From Alphaproteobacteria bacterium (lineage in GTDB: Bacteria; Pseudomonadota; Alphaproteobacteria; MPNO01; UBA830), in NCBI GenBank assembly GCA_964291215.2, contig OZ219790.1, positions 352,001-416,000 on the forward strand: a stretch of DNA of 64,000 nucleotides, given 5' to 3'. Under the pieces are notes generated by a model. That model ran no database searches, was not told the DNA's origin, and saw nothing but the letters and a program-made list of their open reading frames with translations. This document shows positions 40,085 to 51,700 of the stretch, one piece after another. The translations under genes were made by a program, and so were the position numbers. The first letter of the stretch is position 1; every line of letters starts with the position of its first letter.

Positions 40085-40591
40085 CTATTCGGCGATGACG
40101 TAGCGGTCGCGGGGCACGCCAGTCAGATCCCGGCCCAGGACGCGGATAAGGCGTGTGCTGTCAGCGCGGCTGGGCGCGTGCAGGTCTCCCTCATTGTAGA
40201 GGTGCGCCTTGCCCGGCGTCAGATCGTATACGGCCTTCTCCCGCACTCTGCCGGGCTCGCCATCCGCCGGCTCTGCAATCTTCTCCCAGTCCCTCATGAT
40301 GGTCACACCCTCGGCCTGGCCATAGATCGCCCAGCTCGGGCCGTGATCATGCGGCGACGAGCCCTTTGCGCCCTCGTTGACATGGGCAAGGATGCAGAAC
40401 TTGTGCCTGTCGTCCTCGTAAAGAACGCGGCGCCCCGCCATATTGCCCGGTCCGAGATGGGTTCGGACGAATTCGCGGTCGGTGCACGCTCTTTCGGTGA
40501 ACTTCCGGACTTCCTCGCGCCCCACCGGTCCGGGATCCCTGTCCAGCGCCGCGCGGCAGTCGGCGGCGAATTGCTCAAGCGTGTAGGCCAT
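40085..40591 (-). CDS. Cysteine-dioxygenase-like cupin (paralogue 1)
   Basis: MAYTLEQFAADCRAAL, SPHDHGPSWAIYGQ and GDLH motifs (three His). Confidence 0.85.
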   Translation of the reverse strand: MAYTLEQFAADCRAALDRDPGPVGREEVRKFTERACTDREFVRTHLGPGNMAGRRVLYEDDRHKFCILAHVNEGAKGSSPHDHGPSWAIYGQAEGVTIMRDWEKIAEPADGEPGRVREKAVYDLTPGKAHLYNEGDLHAPSRADSTRLIRVLGRDLTGVPRDRYVIAE

Positions 40592-40790
40592 CTCAACCAC
40601 TTCTTGCTCGCGAATACCGATACCCATCCTATCACGGTACCGGACCCGCCGCACAATCTCGTCCCTGAGGACAGCAACCTCAACTGCAGCGACAGACGAC
40701 AAGTCCGGTTGTCCAAAGACCGGCCGCGAACGGTCCGGTCTTCGGCAACGATTTCGCGAAGGGAAACCGGCCCCGTTTCTCCGCACCGCG

Positions 40791-41282
40791 CTGTTCAGCA
40801 TCGGCCTGCAGGCAATCGATCTCGACCCGCTCACGGAGTTCTACAAGACTGCACCGGGCTATCTCGTCACCGAGCGCGACTATCGCGACGCCGTTGACGA
40901 CCTCCCGGCACCGAACGTCGTCTTCCTCACTCGCGACCCGGAAAGTCGCGAGATCGTCCTCGTCGTGGGACGGCGCACCACCGTACCGAGCAGCATCAGA
41001 CAGTCCGCTTTCCACGTGCCTTCTGCGCTTCGCGACGTGCATGAACGCCTGCGCACGCACCCAGAGGTCAGCAGCTATCATCCGGTCGATCATGACAACC
41101 CGTTCTCGCTCTACTGCAACGATCCCGAGAACAACACGCTTGAGCTGAGCCGTGAATCGACCTGGTACATGCTGGCACCAAGTGTCCGGACGCTCGATTT
41201 TTCGGTGTCGAACGAGGAGACGCTGCGCGTCTCGAAGAAGAGAGGCCATTCGATGACCGGTTTCATGATGCGTGAAGAGTGA
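40791..41282 (+). pseudogene. VOC (glyoxalase/extradiol dioxygenase) family gene, degenerate
   Basis: Open frame IGLQAIDLDPLTEFY..GYLVTER..VFLTRDP..SLYCNDPENNTLEL, but no in-frame start upstream of it and expected His residues are absent. Confidence 0.65.
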
Positions 41283-41510
41283 ACGGCCCGCGCCGAGCTG
41301 TTCGAAGGGCCGGTTCGAAGCCGAGGAACTGGTCGCCCATATCCCCTGAATAGCCGTCCCCGGTGATTTCCGGAAGGCCGCATGCGGTGAAGTCGGTGTC
41401 CCGGCCTTGTGCTGCCTGTCTGGGCGACATCGCAATTCTCGACCGCGATTCACGGCCGCCATGGTCGGGTGCTATCTTCACCGCGCACCGTACCGTACCC
41501 GGATCCCCAC

Positions 41511-42782
41511 ATGATGCGCTCACAGGTGATCTCCCTCTGGGACATGACCGCGAATGAAACCGATGTCCTGGCGCCGATGGATGGCGATGTCGAGGCCGAT
41601 CTGGCGATCATCGGGGGCGGTTTCACCGGGTTGTCTACGGCGTTGCACGCGGCCCAGCGCGGACTCGACTGCCATATAGTGGAAGCCCGTCGGGTCGGTT
41701 ACGGCGGATCGGGCCGCAATGTCGGCCTGGTCAATGCGGGGCTCTGGCTGCCACCTCAGGATGTGCGCGCACGGCTCGGCGACGCGCGTGGATCGGCGCT
41801 GGTCAGGGCGCTCGGGGACGCACCCGACTATGTAATGTCTCTGGTAGAACGGTACCGGATACGATGCGAGGCGACACGGAGCGGCACCATCCATGCGGCG
41901 CATTCGCCGCGCGGATACGAGGATTTGGCGCGGCGCGCAGAGGAATGGCACCGGCTGGGCGCGCCCGTGGACTTGCTGTCGCGGACGGAGGCGTCTGCCA
42001 GGATCGGCAGCGATGCATTCCACGGTGGCCTGCTCGATCACCGTGCGGGAACCATCAACCCGATGGGATATGCCCGGGGACTCGCACGAGCCGCGCTCGA
42101 CGCCGGAGCCCGAATATCGGTCGGCGTCACAGCACGCCGCCTTCGTCGCGACGACGGCAGGTGGATCGTCGAGACCGATCGGGGCCGGGTTTCAGCAGCA
42201 GCAATCGTGCTCGGAACCAACGCGTATACGGACGATTTGTGGCCGGGGCTGAAACGGACATTCACGGTCATCCACTTCTTCCAGGTTGCAACCGCGCCGC
42301 TCGGCGACCGAGCGGACTTCATCCTGCCCGGTGGAGAGGGGTTATGGGATACGGGCACGATCATGCTGTCACTCCGCCGGGATGCGTTCGGACGCCTGGT
42401 CATCGGTTCGATGGGCAGCGTGATGGGCGGCCGCAACGGGCTGTCACGACGGTGGGCAGCACGCCGGATCCGGCGGCTTTTCCCCGGGCTCGGCGCCGTC
42501 GAGATCGAGACGGCATGGCACGGATCGATCGCCATGACGCCCGACCATCTGCCCCGGATCTACCGCCTGGCCGACGGACTCTACACGCCCATCGGCTATA
42601 ACGGGCGCGGGATCACCCCTGGCACGATTTTCGGCAAGGCAATGGCCGAACTGCTGTCCGGCGGCCGGGAAGACGACCTGCCGCTGCCGGTCTCCGAACC
42701 GCGGCGCGCAGCATCAGCCCCGGTCATGTCGCAAATCTATCGGGCAGTGTTTGCCGCAAACCAGGTCGTCGGGTCGTTCTGA
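41511..42782 (+). CDS. FAD-dependent oxidoreductase, DAO family (L-pipecolate oxidase-like)
   Basis: IIGGGFTGLS, GGSGRNVGLVNAGLW, GTINPMGY and GYNGRGITPGT motifs. Confidence 0.9.
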   Translation: MMRSQVISLWDMTANETDVLAPMDGDVEADLAIIGGGFTGLSTALHAAQRGLDCHIVEARRVGYGGSGRNVGLVNAGLWLPPQDVRARLGDARGSALVRALGDAPDYVMSLVERYRIRCEATRSGTIHAAHSPRGYEDLARRAEEWHRLGAPVDLLSRTEASARIGSDAFHGGLLDHRAGTINPMGYARGLARAALDAGARISVGVTARRLRRDDGRWIVETDRGRVSAAAIVLGTNAYTDDLWPGLKRTFTVIHFFQVATAPLGDRADFILPGGEGLWDTGTIMLSLRRDAFGRLVIGSMGSVMGGRNGLSRRWAARRIRRLFPGLGAVEIETAWHGSIAMTPDHLPRIYRLADGLYTPIGYNGRGITPGTIFGKAMAELLSGGREDDLPLPVSEPRRAASAPVMSQIYRAVFAANQVVGSF

Positions 42783-42830
42783 CACGTCGCCGCCGGCAAC
42801 CCGAACACAGGCAGAGAAACGGAGAACGAC

Positions 42831-43583
42831 ATGACGAAGCGACCCACGGCCCTGATCACGGGAGGCGCTCAGGGCATCGGATATGCCTGTGCGGAAGCGA
42901 TTTCCGAGGACGGCGCGCACATCGTTCTTGCGGACATCAACAGCAACGGCGCCTCGGCAGCCGCCGGGCGGCTCGGAGGGGATACGCTGGCGGTCGCCTG
43001 CGACATGGGCGACCCTGGCCAGATCGCATCGATGTTCGACCAAGTAGAAGCGGAGTTCGGCCCGGTTTCAATCCTCGTGAACTGCGCAGGCATCGCCGAG
43101 CCCTGTGACTTTCTCGAAACCTCGCTGGAGCAGTTCGCGTCGGTGATCAACGTCAATCTCACCGGCACCTTCCTCGCGACCCAGCGCGCGGCGAAGGCCA
43201 TGATCGCCGCCGGAATCGGCGGATCCATCGTCAACATGTCATCAATCAATGCCCAGCTCGCGATCCCGACGGTTGCCGCCTACTGCGCCTCGAAGGGCGG
43301 CGTCATGCAACTCACGAAATCCAGCGCACTCGCGCTCGCGCCCCATGGCATCCGGGTCAATGCCGTCGGCCCCGGATCGATCGATACGGCCATGATGGCA
43401 AGCGTCAACGCGAATCCCGAAGCGATGAAGGTGGCGATGTCGCGCACACCGCTCAAACGCTTGGGCAACCCGCGCGAGGTCGGCGACGTTGTCGCATTCC
43501 TGGCGAGCGACAGGGCAAGCTACATCACCGGCGAGACCATCTATGTCGACGGCGGCAGGCTCGGGCTGAACTACACCTGCTGA
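42831..43583 (+). CDS. SDR family oxidoreductase
   Basis: TGGAQGIG, VNCAG, YCASK and VNAVGPG motifs. Confidence 0.94.
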   Translation: MTKRPTALITGGAQGIGYACAEAISEDGAHIVLADINSNGASAAAGRLGGDTLAVACDMGDPGQIASMFDQVEAEFGPVSILVNCAGIAEPCDFLETSLEQFASVINVNLTGTFLATQRAAKAMIAAGIGGSIVNMSSINAQLAIPTVAAYCASKGGVMQLTKSSALALAPHGIRVNAVGPGSIDTAMMASVNANPEAMKVAMSRTPLKRLGNPREVGDVVAFLASDRASYITGETIYVDGGRLGLNYTC

Positions 43584-43606
43584 CGAAGATCGGAGGAGAA
43601 AGCGAC

Positions 43607-44515
43607 ATGTCGGGTCTCGAAACACTGCCGTTCTTCGGCGAAACCGCCATCGCCGAGGTGCTGGAATGGAAGCCTTTGATCGACACTCTCGAGCAGGCGA
43701 TGATCTCGTTGTCCGAGGGACGCGTGGCACAGCCTACGCGCCAAATGGTTCCGGTCCCGGACCGCAACGCGATCATAGCGGCGATGCCGGCCGTCGGCGA
43801 CGCGATGGCAGTCAAGGTCGTGACGCTGTTCCACGACAACGCCACCATCGGAATTCCCTCCCATCAGGCGGTCATCCTCGTGTTCGACAAGGATAACGGG
43901 ACGCCGCTTGCAGCGCTCGACGGCCGCCTGATCACCGAGATGAGGACGGCCGCGGGATCGGCGGCGGCGGCGCGGCGGCTCGCAACCGCCGCGCCAGAAG
44001 CAGTTACGATCATGGGCAGCGGTGTCCAGGCGCGTGCCCATGCGCACGCGCTGGCGGCTGTCCGGCCGCACGGGGAACTGCGTCTCTGGGCCCGCAGCGA
44101 AGGGACCGGCCGCGCCGTAGCCGAGGAGATCGGCGCGGTCTTCGTTGGCGATGCCGAGCGCGCGGTACGTGGTGCCGACCTCGTCGCCTGCACGACATCG
44201 GCCACGGAACCGATCCTGATGGGAGAGTGGCTAAAGCCCGGCGCGTTCGTGACCTCGGTCGGCTGGAACACCCATGACGGCCGCGAACTCGATGACCTGG
44301 CCATGGCCAACACCGTGATCGTCGAATCCCGCGACGCCGCCCGGGATCAAGCCGGCAATGTCCGCGGGTCGGGATGCGGGATATTCGCCGAGATCGGCGA
44401 GATATACTCGGGTACCGTGACGGTACCCGATGGCGCGACCGTGATCTACGATTCGGTCGGGGTCGCCATCATGGATGTCGCTGCAGCCAAACTCGCCTAC
44501 GACCTGTTGCGGTAG
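43607..44515 (+). CDS. Ornithine cyclodeaminase/mu-crystallin (ketimine reductase) family protein
   Basis: GGAGGAG RBS; MPA..VKVVT, ITEMRTAA, GSGVQA and YDSVGVAIMD motifs. Confidence 0.93.
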   Translation: MSGLETLPFFGETAIAEVLEWKPLIDTLEQAMISLSEGRVAQPTRQMVPVPDRNAIIAAMPAVGDAMAVKVVTLFHDNATIGIPSHQAVILVFDKDNGTPLAALDGRLITEMRTAAGSAAAARRLATAAPEAVTIMGSGVQARAHAHALAAVRPHGELRLWARSEGTGRAVAEEIGAVFVGDAERAVRGADLVACTTSATEPILMGEWLKPGAFVTSVGWNTHDGRELDDLAMANTVIVESRDAARDQAGNVRGSGCGIFAEIGEIYSGTVTVPDGATVIYDSVGVAIMDVAAAKLAYDLLR

Positions 44516-44593
44516 CCGCAAGAGCCGCCCTTCTGGCGTGCCGTAACTTCTCACTTCCTCTCCGGACGGAGCGGCCATCCACCCGATCGCAGC

Positions 44594-44938
44594 TCATGCG
44601 GGCGATGCCGGCTGCTTGTACTCGATTTCGAGAACCCGGACTTCGCAGTCCGAAACGTTCACCGCATTGTGCTCAATGGGCGCTGTCCACGCCATCGTCC
44701 TCCCATTCTCGTAGGGAACCCAAGTCTCCGCGCCATCCGCACCGTGGAGCATGAGCCCGCCGCCGGATTGCTGGACGGTGACGTAATCGTATTCGTGACG
44801 ATGCCATCCGGTCTGCTCACCCGGCGCGAAGGTCCATTGCGTGATCCGGCTGCGGCTGTCCTCGTGCAACAGCATTCTAGTTGCCTGTGCGAACTTCCGA
44901 AGCTCCTTCCGGCCCCCCTTTTCCAGTTGTTCTGGCAT
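44594..44938 (-). CDS. Small cupin (BauB-like)
   Basis: RITQWTFAPGEQTGWHRHEYDYV..IEHNAVN..LEIEYK. Confidence 0.85.
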   Translation of the reverse strand: MPEQLEKGGRKELRKFAQATRMLLHEDSRSRITQWTFAPGEQTGWHRHEYDYVTVQQSGGGLMLHGADGAETWVPYENGRTMAWTAPIEHNAVNVSDCEVRVLEIEYKQPASPA

Positions 44939-45289
44939 CTGCGTCTCCCGGACCAGTGCTAAATCTTGTGCCCAGCTCTACCCCTGCATCCTCGGTATGT
45001 CCGACGATTTTTCCGGCTACAGATATTGCGCCGACAACAGCCAAATGCAACACGGCTCAGGGTCTCGAACTGCTGGACACCGCAGTAAAGCACAGGTGCC
45101 GTTGAAACCCACCAGAATTCTGTCACTTGACATTCCCGACCCCCAAGAGTGAATATTCAGCGTATGGCAGCATGATCGCCTACCGGTCTGGCTTGTCGGT
45201 CCGAAGTGCTGATCGTTGGTGCTCACATTGACCAAATTGCCGCGTCAGCGGCTTGGTTCAATCCCAATTACCCATCGAGGGGAACCGCC

Positions 45290-45862
45290 ATGACATACAG
45301 TTTCGAAGAGTTTTGTGCCGACAACAGAAACGCCTACGGTCAGGATGGTGTTGCGGATCTCGAACAAATCCGCTCGAATCTCGAGCGGCTCATTCGCGAA
45401 AATCCGGAATTCGTGGCCAGAGAGTGCGATCCGAAGTTTGATTACGGCTACCGGGAACTCTACAAGGATCCCGAAAAGGGCTTCATCGTCTACTCTCACA
45501 AGAGCGTCGGCGGGAGGACCTCGCCGCCACACGATCATGGCGCTTCCTGGGCAATCTATGGTCAGGCTTGGAACATTACCGACATGACGGAATACCGCCG
45601 CACCGACGACCGTTCGACGGAAGGTCATGCGAAAATTGAACGTACGAAAGCGTATCGGCTCGAGCCGGGCCAAGTCGGCAAATACGGCCCGCATGAAATC
45701 CACCAAATCCATTTCGAGGACGAGGCCGGATTTATCCGGATTACAGGCGCAGACCTGTTCAAGGTCGATACACTGACCTACGATCCAGAGACGGAAAGCG
45801 TCAAGACCATCGGAGCCGGCTCATCCGCAGGCAGCGAGTTACCTCAGCCCGAGGCCACGTAA
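45290..45862 (+). CDS. Cysteine-dioxygenase-like cupin (paralogue 2)
   Basis: GAGGGG RBS; MTYSFEEFCAD, SPPHDHGASWAIYGQ and EIH motifs. Confidence 0.85.
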   Translation: MTYSFEEFCADNRNAYGQDGVADLEQIRSNLERLIRENPEFVARECDPKFDYGYRELYKDPEKGFIVYSHKSVGGRTSPPHDHGASWAIYGQAWNITDMTEYRRTDDRSTEGHAKIERTKAYRLEPGQVGKYGPHEIHQIHFEDEAGFIRITGADLFKVDTLTYDPETESVKTIGAGSSAGSELPQPEAT

Positions 45863-45893
45863 GGGGCAAGTAAATAGTGCCTGCGAAAAAATA

Positions 45894-46631
45894 CCCCCGT
45901 TCCATAGTGAAGTGCAACACATGATGGGCTGTAGCCATGTGTTTTTAGACGCATGATGTTGCGGAGCGGTAGCGGCGAGATTTCCTGTACAAGATGAAGG
46001 GAGCTTGTTCATGTCCAAAGGCTACCGTCACCTACGAAGAGCGATGCCAGATTGAGGCAGAAAAGCGGTCTTTCACAAGGTGCGATTGCTCGGCAGCTGG
46101 GCCGTGACCGAATTTTCCGGGAGATCAAGCGCAACACCGGGGGACGGGGTTACCGTCACAAGCAGGCGCAAAGGATGGCAGAAACGCAGGGCAGCCTCGT
46201 CTGTTTCCTGGCGGTTAACGCCTCAACGATGGGTTGAAGCTCAGAAAAAGCTGCGGGAGGGCCCCGAGCAGCGGCCGTTTTCGACTGGAGGGCCGCCCAG
46301 TGGGTCGGCAACGGATCTATGATCGCATTCATGAAGATCGGAGAGCCGGGGGCGTCTTGTGGAAGAAGCTTCGGCGGCGCGGCAAGAAGCCGAACTGGAA
46401 GGGCGGATGCCATTCTGGCCGGGTGGACATTTCCGAGCGCCCTGCAGTCGTTGAGGCAAAGGAACGGATCGGCGACTGGGAGCCATCATCGGCAAAGCTC
46501 ACAGTGGAGCTGTCGTGTCGCTGGTTGATCGTGCCACGAAATACACCTTGCTGGGTGGACAGAAAGACCGCAGACACGGTCGGTTCGGTCGTGATCCGCC
46601 TGCTCGGCTCTGGTGCGCTATTGGTCACCAA
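45894..46631 (+). mobile_element. IS30-family element, partial (copy 2)
   Basis: Same left TIR; retains DISERPAVVEAKERIGDWE; frameshifted and 3'-truncated. Confidence 0.9.
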
Positions 46632-47114
46632 TGTTGCGGGATATTCCTAATCGTATATAAACGCTGATATTACGGATTTTTCCAGCCCTCCTGAAAATCA
46701 AACCTCTTTCCAGATAGCGGTCCGAGACCGGACCGATCCGAAATGGGGCGTTGCCGGCTCGCGCATGCCGGTAAACGGTCCGTCGCCCGTCGCGCGCGTG
46801 AAACGCCGTCGAGTTGTTCGGCGAGCGGACGGGCAAGCGGCGGTCGGCCGTACATCCGCGGACACCGGTCCGAATGCGCCGGGCGGCAATCGTGTGGCGG
46901 CCGTGAACTTCGGGGGTGCGCGCATCCGGCGTGTCCGCGGGCTGGCGCGCATGTCCGGGGCGATGGAAATCCCCTGACTGATTCCTTTGCAAGACAGGGG
47001 GCGGCCTCCAGAGTGGCGCCGGTTGCCGGTTCGCTGCGGGCGGCGCCGGAAAGGACCGGGACCTGGAGGAGAGCGGGATGGGCGCGATCGAACCGGAATT
47101 CTATGCTCGTGTAG

Positions 47115-47550
47115 GTGACGGTCACAAAAGGCGCTTATTTGCTGGCGTTGCGCTTTTTTGTTGAGCGCGCCGAGGATTGTGATGGTGGCGCCGCGGCATT
47201 TGCGACGGGGGCCAGGGACGTAAGGAGGGCGTAGCCCGACTGGAGTCGCCGGCCCCCGTTGCGTTGAGATTTTCGCCTGCCTGAGGGAGGGGATGTGCTG
47301 GCGACCGCAGCGAGGGTCGCCGGGCTGCGCGAGGGGGTAGACTGGGGCTGCTGAGAACGATGCGGCGCCGGCCCCGTCTGCTTGGTGGCAACGACCGGCG
47401 CCCCCCCGAGCCCCCAAAAATTGCACCCGGCCCGATCATCAAACGCTCCAGACCCGCCCGGGGCAGCGGAAACCACCAGACAACTATCGTCAGCGCTTCC
47501 CCAAGCGACCAAAAAGAACCCAAAAAAATCAGCTCGCCGATCAGGGATAC
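47115..47550 (-). mobile_element. Possible non-autonomous IS66-like remnant with hairpin motif
   Basis: Minus-strand ends GTATCCC... and ...GTGACCGTCAC loosely resemble IS66 termini; contains the GGGCTACGCCC stem-loop; no TSD. Confidence 0.3.
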
Positions 47551-47552
47551 AA

Positions 47553-48618
47553 CCCCTGTTCCATAGTGAAGTGCAACACATGATGGGCTGTGGCCATGTG
47601 TTTTTAGACGCATGATGTTGCGGAGCGGTAGTGGCGAGAGTTCCTGTACAAGATGAAGGGGGCTTGTTCATGTCCAAAGGCTACCGTCACCTGCGAAGAG
47701 CGATGCCAGATTGAGGCAGAAAAGCGGTCTTTCACAAGGTGCGATTGCTCGGCAGCCGGGCCGTGACCGAATTTTCCGGGAGATCAAGCGCAACACCGGG
47801 GGACGGGGTTACCGTCACAAGCAGGCGCAAAGGATGGCAGAAACGCAGGGCAGCCTCGTCTGTTTCCTGGCGGTTGACGCCTCGGGTTGAAGCTCAGGAA
47901 AAGCTGCGGGAGGGTTCCGAGCAGCGGCCGTTTTCGACTGGAGGGCCGTGAACGGATCCATGATCGCCGAAGACCGGAGAGCCGGGGGCGTCTTGTGGAA
48001 GAAGCTTCGGCGGCGCGGCAAGAAGCCGAACTGGAAGGGCGGATGCCATTCCGGCCGGGTGGACAGAAAGACACGGTCGGTTCGGTCATGATCCGCCTGC
48101 TCGGCTCTGGTGCGCTATTGGTCCACACAATCACAACGGCAAGGAGTTCGCAGACCACAGCCGTGTCGCACTTGACGCAGATTTCTTCTTCGCCTTTCCA
48201 TTCCCGGGAGCGCGGCTTGAATGAGCATACCAACGGCCTGGTGCGGGAGTACTTCCCGAAGGGCACGGACTTTCGCGCGACATGCAACGAAGATGTTCAG
48301 AAGGTACAGGATCGGCTCAACACTCGGAAAGTCCCGGGATCGCCGACGGAGGTAATCTTGAAGTGAAACCGCCCTGACCATCTGCGTTCCGAAGCCGCAA
48401 CGTGCAGCAGGGTCCATGCCGCGCGACGGCGAAACAGTGGCTTGAAGCCGACAAAGGCGTTGCATAAGCTCGATGTTGAAGGAACTGAAGCTGTTCCCGG
48501 GCGGAATCGAGAGGGACAGAGGGGGAAAATTTGTGCAACATCTGGACCTCATCTCCGTTCGGGCTACGCCCCTCACTGCGATGAGGGCCGGATGTTGCAC
48601 TTCAGACTGGAAGTGGGG
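47553..48618 (+). mobile_element. IS30-family element with both TIRs (copy 3), internally deleted
   Basis: TIRs CCCCTGTTCCATAGTGAAGTGCAACA / TGTTGCACTTCAGACTGGAAGTGGGG; 3-bp flanks CAA on both sides; ERGLNEHTNGLVREYFPKGTDF. Confidence 0.93.
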
Positions 48619-48744
48619 CAACAAAAAATTCAGGCTCATCCCGATTACGGCAATGCGGCCGAAGGATGCCGCTGAAGGCCGGCGTAGCGCTGTGGAGAGA
48701 ACGGGACTAGGGTTGGCCATTCGCTTCGATGGATGAGGCTGGCA

Positions 48745-51700
48745 ATGTCCGACGAGGCCCCTGCCCATGTGAAATGCTGTCTCGACGATCTCGCAGCCCG
48801 GTTGTGGGCGAACAAGGCTGCCGTGATGGTCGGCGCGGGGTTCAGCCTGAATGCGAGTTCGGAATTCCCGATCTGGCAGAAGCTGGGGGACCGGTTCTAC
48901 GAAAGAATTCACGGATGTTCTCCGGGAGATGACGCCAGGTATCTGGACATTCTCAAATTGGCCGGGCAGGTCCAGGCCATGTTCGGGCGACCTGCCCTGG
49001 ACGACCTGCTCCGTCAGGCCATCCCCGACCGGCATCCGCCATCGCTGTTACATAGCCGGTTGCTGGGCTTGCCCTGGAAGGATGTGTTCACGACGAACTA
49101 CGACACGCTCCTGGAGCGGGCGTTGCCGGCCGTACCGCTCAAGCATTACACCGTCGTCACCACGGAGAAGGAAATCCCGGATGCGGAGGGGGCGAGGATC
49201 GTCAAGCTGCACGGCAGCTTCCCGGAGGGGCCGTTCATCATCACCGAGGAGGACTATCGCCGATATCCTCTCGACCACGATCCGTTTGTAAACACGGTTC
49301 GCCAGGCCCTGCTTGAGAACAAGCTATGCCTAGTCGGCTTTTCGGCGGACGACCCGAACTTCCTGCAATGGCTCGGCTGGATGCGCGACCATATCGGGAG
49401 GAAGGACGCGCTCGGGATTTATCTTGTCGCACTCGGTCGCCTTGGTGAGGCAGACAACCAGCTGCTCTGCGACCGGGGCATTGTCCCGATCGACCTGTCG
49501 TGGATCGCGCCGGGCCACGAAAAACGCGAAGAAGAAGCGTTGAACTGGCTCCTGAAGGAACTTGAGGAGCGCAAGCCGCGGGTCTCGGAATGGCCAAGGG
49601 TGTCGCCGGAAGAGCAGCCTTGGTTACGGCAGAGCGATCCCCACAGGTACGGCGAAGTCGTGGAGGAATGGCGCCGACAACGCCTCGACTACCCGGGCTG
49701 GGTGGTGGCGCCGGCAGAAGGGCGACTGCAACTTTGGCTCCACACCGAAAACTGGCTGTCGCATCTGTCCGGATTGTCGGGAGCGGAACGACAAGCGCTG
49801 GAGCCGGGCCTGGACCTGGACCTGGCGTTCGAGCTGGCGTGGCGCCTAGACCGGTGCCTTATGCCGCTCAGGGTGCCGACGGTGGGCGACCTGTCGTCGT
49901 TTCTGGAAGAGGTTGAGCACAAATACGGCAACGCTTCGGCGGAGTTTCTGGAAGAGGTTGGCAGGGAGACAACCTGTGTAGTCGCCGCCGTCTTCGAAGT
50001 CCGGCTATGGCTGATGCGGCACTATCGTGAGCAGGGCCTGCATGACGAATGGGAGGCGGTAAGGAGGAGGCTCGAGGCAAGCCTCAACCTCAACGCCATA
50101 ACGCTCGAATACAGGGCCCGGTTCCGGCTTGAGACAGCGTTGCAGGCGCTGTTCCGTTTCGACCCGGAGGAAGCCAGGCAGCTGCTGGCCGACGAGTGGC
50201 CAGACAACGATGCCACGCCCTTCCTGGACACAAACCGCACCGTCCTGCTGGCAGAGTTGCAGGGGGATAAGGACGCCCGCCCGGCTCTTGAATCGAGCCT
50301 TGCGACCATCCGTCGACAGCAGCGCCAGAACCGGGGCGCCGACGACTACACGCTCGTCTCGCAGGAGTCAGTGGTAATGCTTCATTACCAGATGCTCGAC
50401 TCCGGCCTGCTGACGGTGGAAGAGGATTCGGAGCAACCCAGCGGCATCGACCTGCGGGACCTGACGGAGCGGCAGAACGAGCTGGTCCGATACAACTGCG
50501 CGCCGCATCGCGAGGTGGAATTGTTGTCCGCGCATGTCCGGTCTGCTCCGCCGACTCCTCCTTGGAGCACGAGGGTAGAGACCCCTGATTTCGATACCGG
50601 CCTTGTATTCAGAAACTACCGCTTCGGCCCCGATGAAGAGGCGCTTTCGGCCTACAGGCTGCTGCGGATGTACGAAGACCTCGGCATGCCCTACCGCATT
50701 GGATACACAACGTTCGTTGGCAGGTGGCTCGAGGGCGCAGTGCGTCGCATGGGCATGCAGTCGCCGCACTGGGCATTGGTGGCCATCGCCCGCCTGGGCA
50801 GCGAGAGAGCCGCAGACAGCCTGTTCGACCGTGAGTATCTCGCTGGCCTGACGCAAACCGAAGTCGATAGGCATTGCGACGCTTACCTAAAGGCGCTGGA
50901 CCGCATAGTGTCCATGTTCGAAGGAACGGCTCCGTCCGGCGACGGAATTCTCGAGCCGCTCGCGCGTACGCTCCCGGAGGTGTTTTCGCGCCTCTGCTGC
51001 AAGTGCTCACCAGAATACCGAGAGTGCCTGGTGGAAATGCTCGGTCGGATCTACGGCCTGCCGCCCAGATGGAGGCTGGTGTTCAACATCCCCCGGTTTG
51101 TTCATCGTCTTCTCGAAAGCATGTCGGCAGTGGAGCTGGCGCGGGCAGCGCCGACGTTGATCGGGCTCCCGCAGCCGTTACCGATGGGGCCTGGCGGAGG
51201 GATTTCGGTTGGGGAACACGTTCACCCGGTATTGTTGGTGAATCTGCCTGAACCGGTTCGGCCAGGAGCACTCGGCATACAGCCCGGCAAGGTCGACGAA
51301 TTGCTAGATCGGATGTCGTGCAGCACCTCCAAGGCCGAGCGGGACTGGGCGGCAGCGCCGCTTGTCTGGCTGCACGAGAAAGACCAGCTGGACGAAGAAC
51401 AGTCCAAACGCCTCGGGAACTTGGTGTGGGACGGCGTGGAAGCGCCGGAAGTGCCGGTGGTGCCTGGATACCCCGACTTCATGTGTCTGAGATTGCCTCA
51501 CCCCGCCGACATCGACCCTGAGCCGCTCGTGAAGCAGCGCTTGAGGTCGAAAATTCCACATTGGGGACGCACCGTCCCGGACAACTCCATGAACGAGCTA
51601 CGCAACTCGGCGTTTTGGGTCAAATGGACCCGTCCGGAGGCGAAGGAGCTGCTTGCGGAAGCCTCGAACTGGTGGCGGAGCAACAAGCACGGGACGCATG

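Noticed and set aside
48595-48640. IS30-derived hybrid promoter driving the sirtuin gene
   Set aside because: TTGCAC in the TIR has no acceptable -10 at 16-18 bp spacing.
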